This document shows positions 51,162 to 64,000 of a DNA stretch of 64,000 nucleotides, in pieces. A program made the position numbers and the translations under genes. Numbering within the stretch: position 1 is the first letter of the stretch; each line of letters starts with the position of its first letter. The notes beneath the pieces were generated by a model that saw nothing but the letters and a program-made list of their open reading frames with translations, was not told the DNA's origin and did not search any database. The DNA is from Azolla caroliniana (taxonomy: Eukaryota > Plantae > Polypodiophyta): NCBI GenBank assembly GCA_043228905.1, contig JBHGNT010000015.1, positions 7,502,001-7,566,000 on the forward strand, read 5' to 3'.

Positions 51162-53947
51162 ATGAGTGAAGATTCACCGTTCTCGATTGAAGAATATTGT
51201 TTGTCATCAGACTCATCGTTTTCTACTGAAGAGTATTGTTTGTCGACAAACTCACCATATTCGATTGAAGAATATTGTCTGTCGACAAACTCACCATATT
51301 CTGTCGAAGAATATTGTCTGAGCTCATCTTCACCTATAGGGAATGTAAATAATGACACATGTGAAGAGTTCTCTATTGAAGAATATGATATTAATAAAGA
51401 TACGGAGAATGAAGGTAGTGCCAATGAAACATCGAATAACATTGGCGATGGTCACAACAAAGAATTAGATTGTAACAAGGTTACACCAACCTCTATGCAA
51501 GAAGAGAAATCTGGAAGTCCTATGCATATTAGAAGAATCCCACGAAGAATTCGTCTGGCTAGATTTAGCTTGATGACATCAGATAAACAGATTGGATTTG
51601 ATGTCAAAAATATATGTTGTGCCTGTGGTTGTATGTTTATGATTGGAAAATCAAAGTTGCGAGATTTAAGGCGATACTATTTTTCAATGACTGGTGATGA
51701 GCAAGACACTTACCTCGGGTCACATATGCAACTAGTATCTGACAAATGTACGGGGATCAAAGTATCATTCGAGTATTATATCTTCCATGCACAACAGATA
51801 TGTAGAGTTGCATTCAAAATTGTGTTATGTGTTAGTAACATGCGGCTACATAGAGTACAACAACGTCTACTTAGCGGGGATCATATGCTCAATTGTAAAG
51901 AGGTTCCAAGTATGAAAGGTGCAATTGGAAGACATGCTATTGGTTGGATTAAAAGTTACTTTTAGTTAAATTGTGAAGTAATGCCCACTACAGGTGGGAT
52001 GCACCTTTCTGATAATTATACACGTGGGGAAGTTTATGATGTCTATCAATCTGATATGGTGGGCTCACATAATAAGTTTGTCACATATAGCCAATTCACA
52101 AGATTATGGAGAGCTCGGTTTTCAAATGTTATCATTCACGTAAAGTACGCATGGGGTATTGCCCCATTTGTGCAAATCTTAAAAGTTTGGCTAAAGGTGC
52201 AAAGAAATCAATGGAAAAGGATATGAGTAAGAAGTTACTAAAAGAGCATCGTGAGGCACAATCGTTAGAACGAAAGAAGGCGATGCATCATAGAGAGAAG
52301 TGTTTGAAGAGGCCCGAGCAATACATGTGCTTAATGATAGATGGCATGGACCAAAAGAACATGTGCTTGCCGCATATGCGGAGGCTCCCCAAAGATGTCA
52401 ATGATGAGTGCCTTGTTCAAATGCACTTGGTGGGATGCTTGGCTTATAATAGGTCTGTTCGACCTCACGTCTTCATTACATACCCCAATGTTCACAATGA
52501 CCCTAACCTAACAGTTACAATGATTCACCGAGTTTTGATGTCTTGGGGCCAACCTTTCCCGTCCGTTCTATACATCCAATTGGACAATACTGCTAGAGAG
52601 AACAAAAATTCAATTGTGTTTGGCTATCTAAGTATGTTGGTCAACCAAGGATTGTTTAGGAAAGTGAAAGTCAAATTTCTTTTGGTTGGCCACACACATG
52701 ACCATATAGATAAGATGTTTAGCACATTATCCAGACAGTTGTCTCGGCATGATGCTTTCACTTTACCTAAACTATTTGATGTCATTTATGATGCTTATAC
52801 ACCACGCCCAAAAGTGTTACACTTGAAGGAGGTATATGACTTTAAGAGATATATATCAGATGGGGGTGGTGGGAATGTTAAAGTGCTTGCCTAGTTAAAT
52901 AATATAAGTTTCAATCACATTTTTATGATAAAGAAAAATGAAATAAGTGGTTCTACACTTTTGTATGCTAAACAATATTCATCTTCTACAACTTGGGAAC
53001 TTGAAGGTGGTTGCCAATTATTACTTTGTATGCCAAGTACAATTGTCCATGGAGCTAAGCAAATGCCAATTGAGAAGAAAGGACAATTGCAGAGCGACTT
53101 GTTATCAGAACAAAAACGGTCATGGGTCCAAGCCTTAGAAGAAAAAAGAAAGCATATTGAGGCCGCCAAGAAATATGCTGCACAACAAGACACGTCATGG
53201 TGGGATGTATTTTATAGTGATCAGAAAGGAATTATAGACAATTGTGTATTTGGTGATAATTGGAATTTGGAAACGCCATTAACATGGTTGCTACAACATG
53301 ATCGTGTAAATAGAACTCCAGAGCAACCACCAAATGCGATTAATGACAGCTTGGCCCATCCACAACAAAGAGACATTTATGTCGGACCAAGGATGACCAA
53401 AGCAGCCGAAGCTAGATGGCAAGGCAATTTGCAAGAGCTCATGGCGGGGATGTTGATTGCAATGCTGACTGATGAGAACTCACATGGCCACCAATTTTGG
53501 GTGGGTAAAATTCTAGAAGTGCTAATGCATGAAATAGAAAACACGATCAAGTCTATAAACGTTCATTGGTACAACACTAGAAGTGCAAATGCTTTTACAG
53601 GTAAGTATACATTGGAGATGATTGAATGCTCAACAAGAAGGGGAGGTAGGAAGAGGAAGCGAAACATTCGTAACACCTTGACCCTTGATATCTCTGATGT
53701 GGATATCATCGTGTACAACTTCACACTTACAAAAGCCGAACGATTAAGGAAGTCAACAATAGATATAATAAAAGAAAAATTACCAAGTCTACAAGGTGGC
53801 TCGACTCAAAGGCAAACGAGATCTGCTACATATAGTCTAGAGTCAAACCATTTGGTTTATGACGAAGATAATGCACTAATTGGTACATCCGAGGATGAAG
53901 AGGAGGAATCGTCATTGTATATTAGTTATAGTAGTGATTCTCCATAA
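51162..53947 (+). pseudogene. Sola-like DDD transposase (~928 aa) with a C-terminal Tudor/BAH-like domain
   Basis: ORFs 51162-51965, 51981-52140, 52140-52894 and 52925-53947 join with two in-frame TAGs and one frameshift (~52137). Motifs: ICRVAF, CPICANL, LMIDGMDQ, YIQLDNTARENKN, FLLVGHTHDHIDKMFS, VYDFK. The C-terminus has FWVGKILEV..INVHWY. Confidence 0.85.
51174..51335 (+). repeat. 39-bp in-frame coding repeat (SPYSIEEYCLSTN-like, 4 copies)
   Basis: Visible in both DNA and translation. Confidence 0.85.
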
Positions 53948-54277
53948 CGGAGTGATCATGAATGTATTTTTGGTTATTAAGTGTAACGACATTCCGCTTG
54001 TAACAAATAAAGTAATATAAAAGCATGTGTTTTGAATTCTTATGATTTCTAAAAAATCGTTTCTTATAAAATAACGTTGGTTGTAAACTTGGTGATATAA
54101 ATTGTGAATGTAACTTTTTGAAATTCCTCATTTTTTAGTTACTTCTAAATCACAAAAGTAGTGGATTTTTAACCTTTTTGATAGTATATTTGAACATGTA
54201 TGATACTGGTATCAATGTTTTGTAAAATCATTGAAAAAGTACTAAAATCAACCAAAATATTCCTTGTCCTTCCATTT

Positions 54278-54313
54278 ATGCGCGATCCTTCCACTTGTGA
54301 ACGCGAACGTGTT
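54278..54313 (-). repeat. Right terminal inverted repeat
   Basis: Reverse complement of 45116-45151. Confidence 0.92.
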
Positions 54314-54319
54314 ATGGAA

Positions 54320-55684
54320 TGTAAGTGTGGTTCTTCGCACACAATATGAAAGATTGATAGTGAAGATACTATTTTACATTAGTTTAATATCTTGGTATGA
54401 GAAGATAGATGTCTTTAACAGCTTCCAAATGTACTTTACTACATTTGAAACGGACAACTAAATGTCAAGTTATGTAAGTGTGAAGTATGAGAAAAAGAAG
54501 AGTAATACAAAACTATGAGATATCCCACATAGATAGGACACCATCCGGATTCAAGTGTATATAAATAGAGCCATATCTCTTTATATTTCATCTATCTGAT
54601 AGTAGCTCACAAAAGGGTTGGGCTGTATAACTTGCATAATTCGATGAGGCTAGTTGATCAAATTTGTTTTGCACGGTGACGGTAACAGATCCGAAACTGG
54701 ATCTGGAACGGACAGAATGCGTATCGAACCGGTCGGGTCAGTCAAATAGGTTGATTGTGACGCATGGTGTCTTTGAAGATTTTCGGTGTGAAATGAAGAA
54801 GCAAAGTCATTTCTTTAAGTTATATTTTATCATTATACTTTCACATGTAAATTCTTATGCATGAGAGCTTCAATGAGTGACATGGTTATCATGCAACACA
54901 TGTAATACATGAGCGCCAAATTACAAACATGCATCTCATGCATTTTATGCATTACATGCATGTCTTGCACCCTCACATGCATCATATGCATGGGGGGGAG
55001 AAGAAAAACGGGCTAGGTATTAATCAAGAAATTAAAGGTAAGAAAATTCGTTATCCCATTTGGTGATGTATTAATCTTGTCTCTCTAATCTAAAGTTAAG
55101 CGTTCTATCTTATCTCAATCTCTCTCTCTCCATTTCAATCTCTCTCAATCAAAAGTCAAGTGTTCTATCTTATCTCCATCTCTCTCTCTTTCAATCTATC
55201 TTATATACTTCCTCTCTAAAGCTAGTGCAAACTTTGAATCCTTCCTGTCCAAAACCCCGGTGGTTCCACCTCACGATCCGCACGTAGTGTCGAATCTTCA
55301 CGACATAATTAAGTGGTGAACCCGAAGTGAAGAGGCGGTAGGAAGGATCAAGTCAAGGATCGGCCGATACTTGGAGATGGCATCCTAAAGCAATCAAGCG
55401 GGAGAGTTCAAAAGGATGATGTTAATCGTCGAACAAATGATGAGATCTCAGAACAACGATGCGAGCGTGGAGAAGGTTGTCGACCGTGCGTAGAGCTCGA
55501 GGGTCAATTTGATGGAAGGAACATTACGAAGTTCCTTGATGCATGCAAAAGGGAAATGAATAAAATGGACGTGTCCGAAGAGCGTCAAATTACAAGTTTC
55601 AAGAGAGTGGTCACCAAAAACATCCAAAGACACGTCATCGAGCTTCAAGAAGGCAAGACAACATGGTCCAAGTTCGAGAGAGCA
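54320..55684 (+). mobile_element. 5' LTR (~54320-55305), tRNA-Trp PBS and gag start of a gypsy-type element, interrupted by the next insertion
   Basis: The LTR is homologous to 3377-5014 and ends CTTCACGACA. TGGTGAACCCGAAGTGAA at 55314-55331 complements the plant tRNA-Trp 3' end as I recall it. Gag-like text follows (FDGRNITKFLDAC..EM..TTWSKFE). Confidence 0.75.
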
Positions 55685-56167
55685 TGTTACCCGGCCGGCA
55701 AAGGAGCAGAGACTAGAATGTGGAAGGGATGGTTATTCGGAATATATTTAATTAAGTGGATTAGATTATAATTATGTAGTAAACGGACGGACCAAAATCG
55801 GTATGCCGATCCAGATCCGGACCGATTCCGAACAGGTGCCGGTTGGCACCGTTTTGTACGCAGCACCGGTGACCTATATAAAGGCCCGGTTACAATGTAA
55901 AGCTTTAACGGAGAATTAATATAAGCTTCTTGTTTTATCTTCACGTATTGATTACCGTTCTGAACTAATTGTTATATCTTACGCGTGTATTAAGTGTATG
56001 CCTTATTGCTAAGTAGCTAATTAAGTCGAAGTAATCGTTGTATCTTAAGTGATCTCGCCGTAACACCCATTTGGTGAAGTGTCTTCCGGAGACACCATGT
56101 GTTAGGCCATTGTCCGACCCTAAGGATTAACACAGTTTTTGGCGACCACGATGGGATGCACAATCGC

Positions 56168-59100
56168 AATGAACAGCGGCGGGAATGGATGACGCGACCA
56201 ATGAACAACCCGGTTACGGAGCGAGCAAGGCGACTTGCTGAACGACTGAGGAAGCGAGAGGCTTTCCAGCAAGCGGTAGAAGAAATCAGAGCGGATCGCT
56301 CATTTTCGAAAGTGATCCGGAGAGTGGGCAAGGAATCACTTCGGATACCACAAAACGCCTACCCGGACGAAGGAAGCAGCCTAAGCAGCCTTCGGGAAGC
56401 AGAATCCCTACTCCAGGCATTGGCAGCGGGGGAAGGCGAATCCGAAGCATTTTCGGCATTTGAATCAGGTTCGGACAGGGAATACAGCGCGCAGACGAAC
56501 TACCACATTAGTCACGACACCCTAGGCGGACCAGAGGACGAGGAGTCGCATACTTTGCCGACACCAGAACCCGAATCGACAAGGCTAGAAACTCCGGTAC
56601 CAGAAGTCGACCACACTCTGGAACCAGAAGTCGAGGACAAGAGACCTCCGATACCGGATGTCACGGAGGAGAGGCCTCCAACACCGACAGAGAAGCGGGA
56701 TAGACCTCTAACACCGACACCACCAGCCCGTGTACCGTCAAGGTTACCGCAACAAAAAGAATTTCAATAAGAAACGTCATTTCAACAAAAAGGGGGGTCA
56801 TCCACGAGAACCTGAAAAGAGCGCTCCGAGCAGCCAACCAGACCAAAAACAAGCACTTGCCCCTGGTCCGCCACTAAGCACACACACCGAATCCAACAAC
56901 GGCAAGGTTGAAACAACCTTAAAGCAGCTTGCTTGCCTGCTTGCTGTACCACAGCAGAGTCGCAGTTGCTTGAACAACAAAAGGAGAATGCCGAAGAGCT
57001 CACCGGCCCGGGGCAACCCGAAAACCCAACATGGCAGGCGTTACAAGAATGGCAAATCACGTTGTCGTTAGGCCGGCTATGCCAACTGGTACCACGGTTC
57101 ACGGAAGGACTGAAGACCGGAAGGACAGTAGCTGACACACCACCGGCTCTGGCACTTTTCAAATCCGGAGGAAGGACCGGTAGTGGTGGACACAAGCAGT
57201 CCAGCAATCACAGCCATCGTGAAGGGAAAAGAGCTACCCGACATGATTATCGATGGAGGATCCGGCGTGAACGTGATCAACCTCCGAACGTGTACCACGC
57301 TAGGAATCCAGGACAGGGAACCGTGTCCGTTTTGGCTTCGGATGGCGGACACTAGCTCAGTACGGCCGACCGGATTAATACGCAATCAGGAAGTGACCAT
57401 CGGGGGTCACACATTTCGCATTTCCGCAGTAGTTCACCAACTACTACAAGCTCAGGGAGCTTACCCACTATTGTTGGGACGGCCCTGGTTAAAAACGGCA
57501 CACATATAGCAAAACTGGAGGAAGAACATAATTACGTTCCGGCATAGAGAGGCGAAAGTACGAGTACCAACTCAACCATGATCCGGTACCGGCAAGGAAT
57601 CAACGCCGCTATATGCGGAATGTGTTAACATGCTGGAAGGATTGGCGGATGAACAGGTCGATCAATACTTACAGGAAAATCCGAAGATAGTACCTCTGTT
57701 AGAGATTGATGTAGCCGAAGAAGTATCACCGTACGTACTGCAACCGGACAGGACCGACGAGGAACCGGATAAAGAGGCAATCCTGGAATTACGGCAAGCA
57801 TAGGAGGCACTGGAAAAAGAGCTGGCAGTATCACAGCGTGTGATAGCATCCCAACTAGAAGAGGTAAACCTAGGTACCACAGAGGACACAAGACCGGTGC
57901 ACATCGCCAAGGAAATGATTTCGGAGAACAAAACGGCAATGATCACACTCCTAAAAGAATTTCGCGATGTGTTCGCCTGGTCCTACGAGGACATGTCGGG
58001 ACTCGATCCTCAGTTATATCAACACTAGATACATCTGAGCAAAGACGCCAAACTGGTAGTGCAACGGCGTTACCGGATGAACCCGAATTACGCAGCAAAG
58101 GTCAAAGAAGAAATCGACAAGTTGCTGAGAGTGGGCTTCATCCGAATGGTAAAGAAAGCCACATGGCTCAGCCCGATAGTGGTAGTACCCAAAAAGAACG
58201 GTAAGATCAGAGTGTGCATCGACTACCAGAAATTGAATGCGGCTACGGTAACGGATACCTTCCCACTTCCATTCATGGATGGAGTCCTGGATGCGGTCGC
58301 CGGTCATAAGGTGTACAATTTTCTGGATGGTTTCAGTGGCTATAATCAGATCCGGATGCACCCCGCCCACTAGGAGAAAACCGCTTTTGTCACCGAATGG
58401 GGAGTCTTTGTTACCGTAATGATGATGTTCGGACTGAAAACGGCACCGGCAACCTTCCAACAGATCATCATGGAAATTTTCAGAATTCATTATGGCATTC
58501 ATGCAGGTGTTTTTGGATGACTTCGCTGTTTATAGCCAGGAAGGGGATCACCTTCAGCACCTCCGACTATGCCTAGAAAAATGTAGAGTTTACCGACTAA
58601 GTCTGAACCCCGAAAAATGCGTGTTCGGAGTAACCAACGGAGCGTTACTGGGCCACATAGTTAGCAAGGACAATATCGCAGTGGATCTAGACAAAGTAAA
58701 AGCAATCCTGGAGGCACCGACACCAGCCACAGCAAAGGCACTAAGCAGGTTCTTAGGACCAATTCGGTGGCATAGCCGAATGCTCCGGTATCTAGCAAAC
58801 CTGCCTACACCACTGCATGCCGCAGTACATCGGACACCGTTTCGATGGACAGACACAGAAAACCAGGCTTACCGGGCACTAAAAGTATTGTTGTCACAAG
58901 CGCCGGTGGTGCAACCTCCGGATTGATCCAAAGAGTTCCATGTGTTCATTGACGCGTCCGACATTGCAATCAAGAGCGCACTGATGCAACTGACAGAACC
59001 AAAATGGTACCGGCCAGTCTATTATCCCAATCGGAAGTTGTCCCAAGCGGAACGTAATTATTCCACGACGGAAAGGGAGGCTTTGGGTATGATGTACAAT

Positions 59101-60796
59101 GTCACCAAGTTTAGACACTATCTGTTCGGAAGGAAATTTTCCTTTCACGTCGATCATTTGGCGCTGCTCTATTTGGTGTCCAAAGCATCACTCACCGGTA
59201 AGGTGGCCCGGTGGACATTACTACTAAAAGAATTTGAGTTCGAGATATTCCACCGACCTGGCATACAGCATGCGGTAGCGAACTATTTAAGCCGGCTGGA
59301 TTCCGGCGAAACCGGTGACAGAGTTCCAGACGAATTTCTGGTTGCGGAGTTGTTTAAAGTCACAACAGAAACGACAACGGATAGTTTGGTCGTAGAGGAA
59401 GACAAGTGGCTCACCAACATGCACCAATTTCTGAGCACCGGTTTACCGCCAGAGGAGATGAATAGAGACGAAAGGAAACGTTTAGCGGTTCAAAGCCGAC
59501 ACTTCTGTCTATTGCAGGACACATTGTACCACAAAGGCGTAGATGGCATATGGTGGTGTGCAGTGCGCAGTGACGAAAAGGAAGTAATATTGCGCGAGGC
59601 ACATTGCGGCATGGCCGGGGGACATTATGCCGGAGACGCTATGGCAAGGAAAATATGGCAGAGTGGACTATGGTGGCCGACAAGATTGAATGATGCAGTC
59701 CGGTACGCTAAAGAATGTGACCTATGTGAACGAATGGGGATACCAACCGAACAAGCCAGAATGCCTCAGCAGCCTGTGCTACCGTTAGAACCATTTCAGA
59801 AATGGGGGCTAGATTTTGTCGGTCCGTTCAAACCACCGGCAATGAGAACTGACAACCGGTACGTGATCGTCACTACGGATTACTGCACGAAATGGGTGGA
59901 AGCGAAAGCACTACGCTACAACACCGCGGCATCCACGGGAAAATTTTTATATGAATGCATCTGGTGCCGATATGGATGTCCGATAGAGCTCATAAGTGAC
60001 CAAGGTGGGCACTTCTTTGGGCAAGTAGTGGAAAGTTTGACGACATTTTATGCGGTGATGCACAAACGGAGCACTCCCTATTATCCGCAAGCCAACAGAT
60101 TAGCAGAGTCAACAAATAAAACACTACAGAATATCCTGCGGAAAATCGTCAATGAGAACCAGACAGATTGGGATACAAAGCTGCACAGTGCACTCTGGCC
60201 TTACAGAACAACATATAAAACAAGTATCCGTACAACACCGTTCCGCCTAGAATTCGGATTGGAAGCAATGATGCCGGTAGAGTTCCAGGTCCCGAGTCTA
60301 CGAATACAGATTCGGGAACACCTAAATGAGAAGGAATCAGAAGCTATTCGGTTGAATGCGCTGTGCGAATTGGAAGAACACCGGCTAGCCAACATCATGC
60401 ACCTAGAACTAGACCAGCGGCGAAGGAAGGCGTTCGTGGATCATCACTGAAAAGGGAACGAAAGATGTTCGGCATCGGTAAGCCGATACTCGTGTTCCAG
60501 ACCCGGATGGGTAAGATGCCAGGAAAGCTACGGTTTCGGTGGATCGGACCATACTGGATTACGTGAGAGTTCAACGGTTCCTACCAATTAGGGACCCTCG
60601 CCGGCGAGGTTCTGCGTAAATGGGTCAATGGGTTCTGATTCAAACCATACAATGGACCCATGCCAAAAAACTCATTTGAACAAGTGAAGGGCGACTCAGA
60701 ACCAGGCACTGGTACGTCGGAAGCGACGGCAAGCGGTCCAGCGTCTGGCAAGGATGACAATCCGGATAGGGGTCTAGTGGGACCAGTTACTAATTA
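56168..60796 (+). pseudogene. gypsy gag-pol pseudogene
   Basis: Protease IIDGGSGVN, RT FLDGFSGYNQI and VFLDDF, RH IDASD..ERNYSTTERE, integrase WGLDFVGP and TPYYPQAN, GPY module; no chromodomain. There are multiple stops and frameshifts, and the capsid core appears deleted near 56730. Confidence 0.9.
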
Positions 60797-60958
60797 GCAA
60801 AACCATTTATAAATAAATCAAAGTAAGTCATGCAAGGGCGAGGGGTGAATTGACACATGCAAAAACAAGGAGTGAACAAGCACTTTCAAAAGGTACGTAG
60901 TGGGCTATTAATAGGGTATTAAACCACCGCCACATGGCATGCCATTCTATTTTAGTAC

Positions 60959-63736
60959 ATGACGTGCACACGCGCGGGTAATGAAAAAACAGGCGCCAAC
61001 ATGCAACAAGAAGACCCCCACCACATAGAAACCCTCACATTTCGCGAACAGAGGAGCACAAATGCAAACAGGCGATTGAAGATCAGCAGACACGAACCCA
61101 CGCACACAAAGACTCCTCACACACAACCCTCACCAGCGCTCACCGACCTCGACGAAGCCATGGACTGCTAAGCACTCTCTGAAGTAGCCAAGAAGTGGCT
61201 AAGGCAACACGGCTTAGAGGGTTTCCTCACCATCATGGAGGCGCCACTACACTGGGAGGCCGAGAAGATAGTCAAAGTAATCGACACGGAGCTTATTACT
61301 GAGGAGGCCATCCATGCGTTCATTGGTCTTTCGGAAGGGGGAATCTTCACTATCGACAACCCTACCCCGGAACAGCTCCGAAAATATTTTGGGGAATACT
61401 CTCTTGCAAACAAGGCCTACCAGACACAGGGCGGTGAGGATCCTCTCTTTCGAGAGATTGCCCGTGTGCTCCATGAATTCAGACATGTATACCCTCGACC
61501 CCCCTGCATGCCCCAGAACCGGGCTAGCTTAATGATAGCCACATATGAAGGTGTGAAGGTGGACTGGGCGGTACTGATTGCGGATGGCCTCTGTGCGGCC
61601 ATCGAATCTGTCAGAGGCAAAGAGGGTCAGAAGATATGGACGGCAATGGCGCAATGGCTCACCCTATTGGCGCCACCTATCGAGCCCATCAAGGCCACAA
61701 AGCGGGGAAGGACAACAGAAGCCCCCCCGAAAACGGCCTCGAAACGGTAGCAGTTGTTGGCTTCCAAGGCAACCAAAGGGAAGGCGGCCGACACGGACCA
61801 GGCGGCAACGGAGCGCGCCAATATGAAGCGGCAGGCGGAAACGCAGGAGGAGCCACCGGTTCGGCCTATCAAGATCAGTCTTAGCCGACCGGTTCAACAA
61901 GCGCCGGACCCCTTGGTAGCGAAAATCAACATCGGGACTCAGGAGGAGGAACCGTTAGAACACCTCCAGCGGTGCCAGAAGGCAAGGACCTCCGAACATG
62001 CCGGGGAGAGTTCGAACCCAAAGAAGGATGGAACGCTTGTACCCCGCCCTGAGCAGCCCGCAGCAAGGATGGAACCGGAACTGGTTCGGACCGAACCGGC
62101 CACAGAACCCCCTGCACAACAACCTCTACTGGCGGGTTAGGATATGCCAAGATCCGATATGCAAGCGCCGGAAGTAGAGTTGCCGACCCCACCGGCAGGC
62201 CAAGAGCATTCAAAGGCGGAGCGGCCAACAGAGCCGCAACCAGAACGACAAGGTGGTCACTAACAAGAGCCAGAGTTGCAGCTCAACGCAACTGAACAAA
62301 ACCGACCACTGGCGAGCGACACCAACAGCCAACCCTCCAGGTAGACACAACAACAGGGCACCGACAACCAATGGCTCCGGTGGATTGGAGAACAGATTGC
62401 CGGAGTGGTACACTACATAGAGGCGGAAGAGAAAGCGCAGATGGACCGGTTGCTCGTCACAACCGGAGAACTAGAGACGGCCCGATCAAGGATCCGGAGC
62501 CTAGAACAAGAGTTGGACCTGGCCACAAAAGAATTGACCAAAATGGCCTTAACCCGACCACAGCTCCAAGCACCGGTGACGTCGGTCGATGTACAGAATA
62601 AAGAAGCACCAGCACTTGTACATAGCAATAAGACCCCGGAGATAGAAACAAAAGAGATAGTGGCGGAGCAAGCAAAAGAGCTTGTTCAATTAAGAGATGA
62701 ACTGGCCGCACAAGAAGCATTACGCACCCGAGAGCTGGACTTGAAGAAAGCAGTAGAAGAAGAGCAACGAAAGACTGCTGAGAACCTCCGCCGGGGAGAA
62801 GAGAATCTGCGGAAAGGACATCAGGCCTACGACTGGCTGAAGGAGGAGAAAGAGAAGGAGCTGTAAGAAAAGGAGAAGTTGCGACGGATGGCGGAAACAG
62901 AGATCGAAAGACTGAAAGAAGAACTCCGTGAACAGAAGGATCGGGAAGACCGCGCTCGCCGGCAACTGAACCAAAAGCTAAAGCCGAAAACCGATGATTT
63001 TGAGCACCTGCACCAGGACTACAAGCACCTGGATACGGAGCATAAGAAACAACAGGAGAAGATGGTAGTGCTCCGGTAGGAGGTACATCGAGTTGAGACG
63101 GCGCTGGCGGAGGAACGGGCTGAAAGAACCACGCTGCTGGAGGAAGCCGCGCAAGAACGGATGGAGCTGCATAAGCAGCATTATGAAGAGAAGGAAAGAG
63201 CGACGATGATCCTGCAAAGGCTGCAGAACACTTATCAAACCCAACTGTCACATGACCGGGAGCATGAGGTGGATACGGTGGCACTCATCAAGCAGTTGAA
63301 AGACGAACGGCAAGCCGCGGAGGACAAATCGAAGATGGGATTGGAGCGGATCCAGTTCATTATCCAGGCATGGAGGAACAAGACCAAACACTTCATTGAC
63401 GAAAGCTCCACGCAATGGTGGGACAAATGGGCAAAGCACATAGCCGAGCTCCAGTTGCTATGGGCGGACGCGGAAAACCGACAGAAGGATGGCGACGACT
63501 GCTACATGCTAACGAAGGAGGACTTCACTGCCGTAAGAGATGAGTTAGCCGAAGATTTTGTAACTATGGCAGAGGAGCAGGCAGCAGTGGTCTGGCAACT
63601 TGTAGCCCAACTAGATGATGATCGATTGCATGATCAAATCCAGTTTGAGAGCTATTAGCGGACCAGGCTACGGAGAGAAGAAGCAAAGCAGGCGGCGACC
63701 GTCAACCTCAGTGATGAGGAGCCATCACCGGAGTAA
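60959..63736 (+). pseudogene. Extra sense ORF downstream of pol (Athila ORF1-like domain and long coiled coil)
   Basis: Same-frame ORF pieces 60959-63658 are separated by stops and are homologous to 35962-38560. Confidence 0.75.
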
Positions 63737-64000
63737 GGACCAGATGGAGACAAGACCGGGACGAGTCAACTGAGAATTAATATAAGCTTCTTGTTTTATC
63801 TTCACGTATTGATTACCGTTCTGAATTAATTGTTATATTTTACTCGTGTATTACATGTATGCCTTATTGCTAAGTAGCTAATTAAGTCGAAGTAATCGTT
63901 GTGTCTTAAGTGATCTCGCCATAACACCCCTTTGGTGAAGTGTCTTCCGGAGACACCCTGTGTTAGGCCATTGTCTGACCCTAAGGATTAGCAGAGCAAT

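Larger units (their letters stand above)
45116..54313. mobile_element. 9.2-kb cut-and-paste DNA transposon (Sola-like) carrying a transposase and a ParB-methyltransferase gene
   Basis: TIRs AACACGTTCGCGTTCACAAGTGGAAGGAT(T/C)G(T/C)GCAT at 45116-45151 and 54278-54313 (first 29 bp perfect). Direct repeat ATGG lies at 45112-45115 and 54314-54317. Two divergent genes lie inside. Confidence 0.9.
55685..63993 (+). mobile_element. Non-chromoviral Ty3/gypsy (Athila-like pol) with a 3' extra ORF
   Basis: 5' LTR 55685-56132, PBS TGGCGACCAC..TGGGA (tRNA-Arg-like) at ~56140, 5'-truncated 3' LTR 63772-63993, and TSD GAGCA (55680-55684, 63994-63998). Confidence 0.93.

Noticed and set aside
60959-63736. Retroviral env gene
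   Set aside because: No signal peptide or transmembrane segment is visible; the product is mostly coiled coil, so it is reported only as an extra ORF.

Overview
This is a plant nuclear window made almost entirely of nested transposable elements; the element families suggest a moss (inference). It holds at least six decayed copies of one Ty1/copia family, two chromoviral Ty3/gypsy elements (one young, with 465-bp LTRs and a CCAAG TSD), and a non-chromoviral gypsy with an extra 3' ORF plus its gag-pol-deleted relative. It also holds LTRs of a gypsy-type family with 4-bp TSDs and a tRNA-Trp primer site, and a minimal hammerhead ribozyme. The standout is a 9.2-kb TIR DNA transposon (45116-54313; 36-bp TIRs, ATGG TSD) carrying two head-to-head genes. 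One is a Sola-like DDD transposase with a C-terminal Tudor/BAH-like domain. The other is a six-exon gene (~959 aa) fusing a ParB/Srx-like domain to a bacterial-type beta-class N6-adenine/N4-cytosine DNA methyltransferase. Intron 1 of that gene contains a 51-bp-period array of 29-bp palindromes reminiscent of parS/operator sites. Both genes carry a few inactivating mutations in this copy. All calls come from reading the sequence by eye; no database searches were run.
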